Positions 57,912 to 64,000 of a DNA stretch of 64,000 nt are shown in pieces. The stretch is from Pseudobdellovibrionaceae bacterium. GTDB taxonomy: Bacteria; Bdellovibrionota; Bdellovibrionia; Bdellovibrionales; Bdellovibrionaceae. The first letter of the stretch is position 1. Every line of letters starts with the position of its first letter. Position numbers and translations under genes: made by a program. Under the pieces are notes generated by a model that did no database searches, was not told the DNA's origin, and saw nothing but the letters and a program-made list of their open reading frames with translations. The stretch covers positions 64,001-128,000 of the forward strand of contig JBDHWW010000002.1 in NCBI GenBank assembly GCA_039810425.1. The letters run 5' to 3'.

Positions 57912-59109
57912 GCGGTTTTAGTTCTTCTATCAATCGCCCGGCATCGACCGGCCTTTTCTCACTCCGGAATTGTAGGTCAAAGATGCCTGATGAAACCTCT
58001 TTCGGCCCTAGAACAATTTTTACAAATGGCCTGAGACGATGTGCAAAAAGAATTCTCTTTGAAAGGCTTCCCTGATTCAAATCCACGTGCACGCGGATAT
58101 TACTAGATAAAAGCTTTTTCTCAAGTTCCTTTGCAAAAGGAACCTGAACTTCACTGACTGGAAGCAAATAGACTTGAACCGGGCTGAGCCAACCAGGAAG
58201 TTGCCCGTTATAGTATTCAAGCAACAGGGCCACGAATCGTTCATGACTGCCCAGTGGAGCCCGGTGAATAATCCACGGCCGCTGACTCTGGCCTGATTTA
58301 CCAATGAAATTCAGATCAAACTTGTCCGCGGAGTTAAAATCCAACTGCACACTGGCGATGGATTCCTCATCCCCGCCCCCCATCTTCATTTGCACATCCA
58401 CTTTTGGTCCGTAGAACGCAGCCTCTCCTTCGGCCTCAAAGAACTGAAGACTCTTTTCGACAAGACACTCTCGTAGAATCTCTTCTCCTTTTAGCCAAAG
58501 CTCTCTGTCGCCATCGAAATCCGCCATGTGCCGTGGATCATGTTTCGAAAGCCGATAGCGATAGCCCTTCAAACCGAGAGCCGCATAGCATTTCTCATGC
58601 ATATCAAGAACGTTCTTGATCTCGGACTTGACTTCACATGGATCTATATAGATATGGGCGTCGTTTTGACAAAGCCCCCGGACCCGGGAAAGACCTTTCA
58701 GTGAGCCGCTATTTTCATAACGGTAAACTTGCCCATACTCCGCAATCCTGAGGGGGAGCTGGCGATAACTACGAAGGCTCGAAGAGAACACTTTATGATG
58801 GTGAGGGCAATTCATCGGTTTTAAATAGTAATGACTCTGATCCTCCGGCCATTGCATCGGCGGAAACATATCTTTCTGAAAAGCGCGCAAATGACCCGAG
58901 ATTTCATAAAGCTCGCTCTTCGCGACATGGGGGCTTGAGACTCTTTGATAACCGGCAAGATGTTCCAGATTTTTCACAAAGGCTTCCAAAGAATCTCTCA
59001 TGGCGACTCCATTGGGTAACCACACTGGTAGTCCAGCACCTATTTGTTCATTAAAAAAAAAGATTTCCATTTCATCGGCGAGTTGCCGATGATCAAAAAT
59101 TTTAGACAT
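57886..59109 (-). CDS. thrS: Threonyl-tRNA synthetase lacking N-terminal TGS and editing domains
   Basis: Starts at DHR; has KPMNCP, YRYE.SG, NDAH, AFYGPK, QLDF and IHRAPLGSHERF; only 407 aa. Confidence 0.9.
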   Translation of the reverse strand: MSKIFDHRQLADEMEIFFFNEQIGAGLPVWLPNGVAMRDSLEAFVKNLEHLAGYQRVSSPHVAKSELYEISGHLRAFQKDMFPPMQWPEDQSHYYLKPMNCPHHHKVFSSSLRSYRQLPLRIAEYGQVYRYENSGSLKGLSRVRGLCQNDAHIYIDPCEVKSEIKNVLDMHEKCYAALGLKGYRYRLSKHDPRHMADFDGDRELWLKGEEILRECLVEKSLQFFEAEGEAAFYGPKVDVQMKMGGGDEESIASVQLDFNSADKFDLNFIGKSGQSQRPWIIHRAPLGSHERFVALLLEYYNGQLPGWLSPVQVYLLPVSEVQVPFAKELEKKLLSSNIRVHVDLNQGSLSKRILFAHRLRPFVKIVLGPKEVSSGIFDLQFRSEKRPVDAGRLIEELKPLISPVEVQ

Positions 59110-59199
59110 AAAATACCTCTGATATTTAAGCTAAGTCGTTAGAAATAGACGTAAGAATTTCTGGGATTGTCCGACAAGGACAAAATTATGCGACAACCC

Positions 59200-59253
59200 C
59201 TATGGGGTGGTGTGGAAAAAGCAGAATAGAGGTAAAGAAGACAAGGCTTTCAT
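59200..59253 (-). CDS. Putative thrS leader peptide MKALSSLPLFCFFHTTP
   Basis: 17-codon ORF ending ACC ACC CCA TAG, 90 bp upstream of thrS and overlapping alternative hairpins. Confidence 0.5.
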   Translation of the reverse strand: MKALSSLPLFCFFHTTP

Positions 59254-59370
59254 ACTTGCAGTTTATCTAAAAGAGCCGGTATTTCCCAATTAGATTTACT
59301 TATGGGGTCCAAAAGAAGGTTGAATACCGGCTTTGTCTATAAGTACTATAGTTTCAAAGGAGATCACCGC

Positions 59371-59730
59371 TTGCAGAAAAACCAAAATTTTTATAATCGC
59401 TTCCTTTTCGCTTGGAATGGACTGCGTTCTACTTTCAAACAGGAAAATAGCTTTAAGACAGAAGTGGTTTTTGCCCTCGTTGCAAGTGTCATTCTTTTTT
59501 TTCTGAAAGCTGAACCTCTTTGGTGGGCAATTTTTCTGATTCTGATGTCAAGTATCCTGGCTTTGGAACTCGTCAATACGGCGATTGAAAACGTCCTAGA
59601 CCGTCTTCACCCAGAGCAGAACCCTCAGATCGGCCTCGCCAAAGATTGTGCGGCGGCGGCCATTTTTTTAATGTGTGTTATTTCTATCGTGATCTTTTTT
59701 ATTTTTCTGTACGAAAAATTTAACATCTAA
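59371..59730 (+). CDS. dgkA: Diacylglycerol/undecaprenol kinase family
   Basis: FAWNGL, ELVNTAIE and AKDCAAAA motifs; TTG start after AAGGAG. Confidence 0.85.
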   Translation: MQKNQNFYNRFLFAWNGLRSTFKQENSFKTEVVFALVASVILFFLKAEPLWWAIFLILMSSILALELVNTAIENVLDRLHPEQNPQIGLAKDCAAAAIFLMCVISIVIFFIFLYEKFNI

Positions 59731-60091
59731 ATGTGCTTTTAATACATACACTTATGCGGGATCTGAAAAATTCTTTTTCCGGCTGCCTTGACTTCTTTCA
59801 ATACAAACAGATCTTTGCGGTATGAGAAAGCATTCCTGCGGCCTTTCGGTCGCTCCTCCCAACTAAAGATTCAAGAATTAGAAATCAAATAGTTATTTTC
59901 AATTGTGAGACTGAAATTCTCAACAGGGGGTGTTCTTTTGTCTCAAATACTGGATCGCATATCGAGAAAAATAGTTTTTATTCTGGGGTTGGCGGCTTTA
60001 CTTTTTGTGGCGACATCGCCTTGACAGCTAAAATAGAAAACACATTGTCTAACTAGAAAGAGAAATCAAAAAAACCAATAGGAGGTTTGAA

Positions 60092-60544
60092 ATGAGAGCA
60101 ACACACCCTTTCTTTACTACAGGTCTTCATTCTGATCTCTGGAGGCAGATGGATCGCGTCTTTGAAGAAACAGTCGAATTTACTCCCGCTTATGAGGTGA
60201 GTGAACGAGACGATCACTATGCGATTAGCCTGGATATTCCTGGGGTCAAAAAAGACGAGATCAAGATCGAAGTCTTAGATAAAACTCTCACCATTAGTGG
60301 TGAAAGAAAAAAACTTGAAAAGTCTTATGGCACATTTAAACGCAGCTTTGTGCTACCGAGCACAGTGAGTACCGAAAAAATCGAAGCTCATTATGAGGAC
60401 GGCGTTTTGAATCTTTATGTTCCAAAAACACCGGCTGCTCAGGCCCGAACAATTGAAGTTCAGGCCGGCAAAAGCAGCTTTCTAGAAAAATTCTTGGGCG
60501 CCAAAGCAGCACAAGATTCCACACAAACGACTCAAGTAAACTGA
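60092..60544 (+). CDS. Small heat shock protein (Hsp20)
   Basis: DIPGV, LTISGER, YGTFKRSF.LP and AHYEDGVL motifs. Confidence 0.95.
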   Translation: MRATHPFFTTGLHSDLWRQMDRVFEETVEFTPAYEVSERDDHYAISLDIPGVKKDEIKIEVLDKTLTISGERKKLEKSYGTFKRSFVLPSTVSTEKIEAHYEDGVLNLYVPKTPAAQARTIEVQAGKSSFLEKFLGAKAAQDSTQTTQVN

Positions 60545-60560
60545 GCCCACTTCCCCATAA

Positions 60561-60596
60561 ACGAGCCAGTCCTTCGGGCTGGCTCGTCCTTTTTTT
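60561..60596 (+). terminator. Rho-independent terminator of hsp20
   Basis: acgagccag / ctggctcgt stem followed by a T run. Confidence 0.8.
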
Positions 60597-60642
60597 CAGC
60601 AACTCGTTGTGAAATTCGCGTTCGCCCACTAAAATCGGATGC

Positions 60643-61536
60643 ATGAACGAAATTATCACGACCCGCACAGTGAATGCCTCTTCGGACAAAGTTTTTAAGG
60701 CCTGGACTCACCCACACTACTTGGCTCAATGGTGGGGACCGAAAGATTTCAAAAATACTTTTCGTGAATTTGATTTAAAACCGGGCGGCGCATGGAATTT
60801 TGTCATGCACGGTCCTAATGGCGTCGACTATCCTAATAGCAGTCAATTCGTTGAAATCAAAGCGCCAGACCGCTTGGTCCTGAATCATATTTCCAATCCG
60901 AGATTTCAAGTTGTTGCGACTTTTGAAGAAGTCGGCAGTCAAACAAAGGTCACCTTTCGCCAAATCTTTCCGACAAAGGATGAAGCAGACAAGATCCGCG
61001 CGTTTGTGAAAGAAGCGAATGAACAAAACATGGACCGTATGGAATCCGTCGTTGCTGACATGATTTTAGATCGCTCGATCCGTGAGGTGACTACGCACCG
61101 AATGTTTGATGCAACTCCTGAAGAAATCTACTCGGCGTGGACGGACCCTAAAAAGCTGGGTCATTGGTGGGGAACCAATGGGCTTGGCCTGACCACACAT
61201 TCAATTGATGTGAAAGCCGGAGGTCTCTGGCGTTTCCTCGTTCATAGTACCGATGGAACTCTTTACCCAAACAGGGTAGAATATACCGAAGCAGTGCGGC
61301 CATCACTTTTGTGTTATATCCAAGGAAACGATCACGAGCCAGAACAACTAAAAACCATGGTCCACTTAGAAAGAGTCGAAAGGCAAACCAAAGTCACCGT
61401 GCAAGTGACCTTTCCAAATCCGCAAGCTTTTGAGGCCGCCAAGAAATCCAAATCCTATGAAAGTAGCCGCCAAACGCTCGATCGCCTGGCGACCTTCTTA
61501 ACAAAAAATTCTTCGTTCTTTTCCAGCGCACCCTAA
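60643..61536 (+). CDS. Tandem SRPBCC (AHSA1-like) protein
   Basis: Two AWTxP...WWG...D.K.GG.W repeats. Confidence 0.9.
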   Translation: MNEIITTRTVNASSDKVFKAWTHPHYLAQWWGPKDFKNTFREFDLKPGGAWNFVMHGPNGVDYPNSSQFVEIKAPDRLVLNHISNPRFQVVATFEEVGSQTKVTFRQIFPTKDEADKIRAFVKEANEQNMDRMESVVADMILDRSIREVTTHRMFDATPEEIYSAWTDPKKLGHWWGTNGLGLTTHSIDVKAGGLWRFLVHSTDGTLYPNRVEYTEAVRPSLLCYIQGNDHEPEQLKTMVHLERVERQTKVTVQVTFPNPQAFEAAKKSKSYESSRQTLDRLATFLTKNSSFFSSAP

Positions 61537-61545
61537 AAAACCAGC

Positions 61546-62004
61546 CTACTTAGTTGGAATTAGGATCTCAGTAACGAGTTCCTCTTCTGGAGTCACTCGT
61601 GGATCATTCACGTAATTCTCAATAAAGAAATTATCCTCGACTGAGAGACCGGTTTCTTTCACGGTATGAAATACACGGCCACAGGCTTCAGGCAGCTGCG
61701 AGTAGGAGCCTGTCAGCACAAAGCGGGAGTACTTACCACCCTGGAATTTTTCATACTTAAAACCAGGAGGGATTGTTTCTGGCTTTCTATCCAGCGCAAC
61801 ACCCGCGCGATAAAGCATCTTTGGCGCCATTTTATAGAGACTCATATAGCCATTGATTTTTCCTTGGTTGGCAATTTGATCGACGCCTTTGTGCAGAGTT
61901 TGCCAAGCCGCTGGCGCCGTTTCAAGGAAGGGACCAACGCTTTCGACGAAGACATAGTGAGTTTCGGGCCAGTTCACAACATCGGGTTTTAGTGTGAGAT
62001 TCAT
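61546..62004 (-). CDS. GyrI-like small-molecule-binding protein
   Basis: GPF..AW, GGKY..F...GSY..L and ENYVNDP...EEL.TEILIP motifs. Confidence 0.85.
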   Translation of the reverse strand: MNLTLKPDVVNWPETHYVFVESVGPFLETAPAAWQTLHKGVDQIANQGKINGYMSLYKMAPKMLYRAGVALDRKPETIPPGFKYEKFQGGKYSRFVLTGSYSQLPEACGRVFHTVKETGLSVEDNFFIENYVNDPRVTPEEELVTEILIPTK

Positions 62005-62012
62005 AGCGTCCT

Positions 62013-62555
62013 CTATTTCTGCGCTTCGATAAGCGTTTTCAAGTTTTTAATACCTGCTTCAAACTGACCAGCGATCATCTTTTCACAATCAATAAAGACA
62101 GAGATCAGCTTTGTCAGAAAACCACCATCACCTGACATGGACCAAGTAAAGCGGGTGCCGCCGGTGGCTTCTGGCGTGAGTTTATAAGTGACGATATTCT
62201 CAGCATGAACCGGTTTTGTCATGATAAGCTTAATTTCAACCAACTCGTTAGGAACTACACGAAGCATCTCAAGGCGGCCTGAACCCGCATCGCTATTCCC
62301 TTCAAAGTCCATAGTCTGACCGACTTGCGCCGGTGGGCCCGAAATCGTCTTTTTCATATTTGGATCGATCTTTTCATAAGGAGACCACTCACCACCTTTA
62401 GAAAAGTCACTTAAGTATGGAAAAATTTTTTCCGCCGTGGCGTTGATGACTCCGCTGCGGGAATAATTAAATTTACCTTCGCGAGTTGAGACGTATCCCA
62501 AAAAGACAACCAATGCAGCGACAATACCAATTAAAATCTTTCCTATCACAGGCAC
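62013..62555 (-). CDS. SRPBCC family (polyketide cyclase-like) membrane-anchored protein
   Basis: WSPYEKIDP, GSG.LE, TWSM and FEAGIKNLK motifs. Confidence 0.85.
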   Translation of the reverse strand: MPVIGKILIGIVAALVVFLGYVSTREGKFNYSRSGVINATAEKIFPYLSDFSKGGEWSPYEKIDPNMKKTISGPPAQVGQTMDFEGNSDAGSGRLEMLRVVPNELVEIKLIMTKPVHAENIVTYKLTPEATGGTRFTWSMSGDGGFLTKLISVFIDCEKMIAGQFEAGIKNLKTLIEAQK

Positions 62556-62585
62556 CCCCTTTTATATATTTAGTATCAAAAACTT

Positions 62586-62605
62586 AACATACCAATTAGT
62601 ATGTT
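62586..62605. promoter_or_regulatory. Candidate TetR operator
   Basis: aacatac-N6-gtatgtt inverted repeat between tetR and the divergent operon. Confidence 0.6.
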
Positions 62606-62639
62606 GTCAACTGGGTCCGGCTTTGATAAAGTTAGGTCT

Positions 62640-63269
62640 ATGAAATCAAAGACTTCGCGTGCCAAAAAGACCCGTAACCTAGAGAACTCTAAAAAAGAGA
62701 TTTTAGCGGTCGCATTTGGTGAGATTTTTAGACATGGCTTTCAAGGCGTCAGTGTCGATGATATCGTGAAAAAAACATCACTGACCAAAGGAGCTTTCTA
62801 TCATCACTTTCCGACAAAATTAGATCTCGGCTACGCGTTGGTTGATGAAGTGATTGCGCCCCTGACCGTGAGCCGGTGGACGGCTCCTCTCGAGGAGTAT
62901 GACAATCCTCTTGAGGGTATTCTCAAGCAGATGCGCCACAATATCGGTATGGCCGAACCGAAAGACTTAAAACTCGGTTGCCCGTTAAATAATCTTGTGC
63001 AAGAGATGTCTCCTCTCGATGAGGGCTTCCGCAAACGCCTCGATACAGCTTTGAATTTGTGGATTGACGAAACAGATAGGCATCTTCAGCGAGCAAAGAA
63101 AAATGGCTATCTTAAAAAGGGCATCAACACCCGTCACGTCGCTCAATTTATCGTTATGGCTCATGAAGGTTTCTACGGCATGCTGAAAGGAATGCAGGAT
63201 GCAAAGACTTTCGAAGTTCTGTACAACTCCCTTGAGATCTATTTTGACTCTCTACAAGAAAAGAAATAG
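62640..63269 (+). CDS. TetR/AcrR family regulator
   Basis: GFQGVSVDDI...TKGAFYHHFPTK HTH; GCPL. Confidence 0.93.
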   Translation: MKSKTSRAKKTRNLENSKKEILAVAFGEIFRHGFQGVSVDDIVKKTSLTKGAFYHHFPTKLDLGYALVDEVIAPLTVSRWTAPLEEYDNPLEGILKQMRHNIGMAEPKDLKLGCPLNNLVQEMSPLDEGFRKRLDTALNLWIDETDRHLQRAKKNGYLKKGINTRHVAQFIVMAHEGFYGMLKGMQDAKTFEVLYNSLEIYFDSLQEKK

Positions 63270-63293
63270 AACCCATTCAACGGGGAGAATCAC

Positions 63294-63650
63294 ATGAGCA
63301 CAGAACCCAAATGCCCACAATGCGGATCAGAGCATACGTATGCCGACGGAAATCTATGGGTATGCCCAGAGTGCGCTCATGAATGGAGCCAGCTGGCTTC
63401 GGCAGATGCTCCTGTTGAAGCCGTCGAAGACAATTCTATCCGCGACGCAAATGGCAATGTTCTTGCCGATGGCGATAGTGTCACTGTGATTAAAGAACTA
63501 AAAATTAAAGGGTCTTCTGCAGTCGTAAAAGTGGGCACGAAAGTTAAAAATATTCGTCTTACTGATGGCGCCGATGGCCACAACATCTCATGTAAAATTG
63601 ACGGCATCGGCGCAATGAATTTGAAATCTGAATTCGTTCGCAAGGCCTAA
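63294..63650 (+). CDS. yjdM: PhnA/YjdM zinc-ribbon protein
   Basis: [12 protein letters not shown] and [13 protein letters not shown] motifs. Confidence 0.92.
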   Translation: MSTEPKCPQCGSEHTYADGNLWVCPECAHEWSQLASADAPVEAVEDNSIRDANGNVLADGDSVTVIKELKIKGSSAVVKVGTKVKNIRLTDGADGHNISCKIDGIGAMNLKSEFVRKA

Positions 63651-63781
63651 GGCACCAAAAGCCCTGAATTTTGGGACATCGGCCCATGACAACGGAAGTT
63701 ATTCCCCAAAACGCCTGCGAACGGTCACATTGGAATCACAATCGTGCCGTCCAATAAAAGAGGCTTTAAAGGGAGGTTTTC

Positions 63782-64000
63782 ATGGAGACCAATGAGACAA
63801 TTGATCCGCAAGTTAAAAAATTTTGTGGCCTCGTCGATGATATTAAGATTGCGATGCTCGTGACGATATCTAATGGTAATGTCTTGCATAGTGCCCCACT
63901 AGTCACCCAAGATATGGGCCGTGATGGCAGTTTGTGGTTTTTAGTTTCTAAAACATCACAAATCGTGATGAATATAGAAAACAGCAGCCACGTCGCCGTG
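63782..64000 (+). CDS. General stress protein / pyridoxamine oxidase-like FMN-binding protein, 3'-truncated
   Basis: GGGAGG RBS; METNE...DIKIAMLVT...LHSAPL...DGSLWF; open to the window end. Confidence 0.75.
   Translation, partial: METNETIDPQVKKFCGLVDDIKIAMLVTISNGNVLHSAPLVTQDMGRDGSLWFLVSKTSQIVMNIENSSHVAV

Noticed and set aside
59731..60091. CIRCE element or small ORF upstream of hsp20
   Set aside because: No TTAGCACTC-N9-GAGTGCTAA; only a 14-codon ORF without a convincing RBS.

Overview
Bacterial chromosome segment, most likely from a Bdellovibrionales predator. This is inferred from gene content: a Bd3614-type deaminase next to an RlmK-like methylase, a SpeD-SpeE fusion and many secreted or beta-barrel orphans. 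The flanks (1-19.7 kb and 39.3-64 kb) are mostly housekeeping: a SelO-like gene, leucine catabolism (liu) operon, rnpB, sodB, icd, an editing-less ThrRS with a candidate Thr-sensing leader peptide, Hsp20, SRPBCC/TetR genes. The most interesting part is a ~19 kb, partly AT-richer locus at 19870-39045. It holds a regulatory-domain-less DAHP synthase, a chorismate mutase and a CmoB-like/CmoA-like fusion, which together suggest prephenate -> carboxy-SAM -> carboxymethyl transfer. It also holds two glutaminase-less AsnB-like PP-loop ligases, each beside a paralogous partner protein, a DltC-like carrier protein, a cupin, and degenerate MBOAT and SGNH proteins. A converging operon encodes three minor pilins, a FrpC-SPM-like Ca-binding protein, an HTTM-beta-propeller fusion and a tandem rhodanese. 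My hypothesis is an undescribed carboxy-SAM-based modification pathway that decorates a pilus tip or cell surface. All family calls come from motif recognition by eye and recalled reference sequences; no searches were run.
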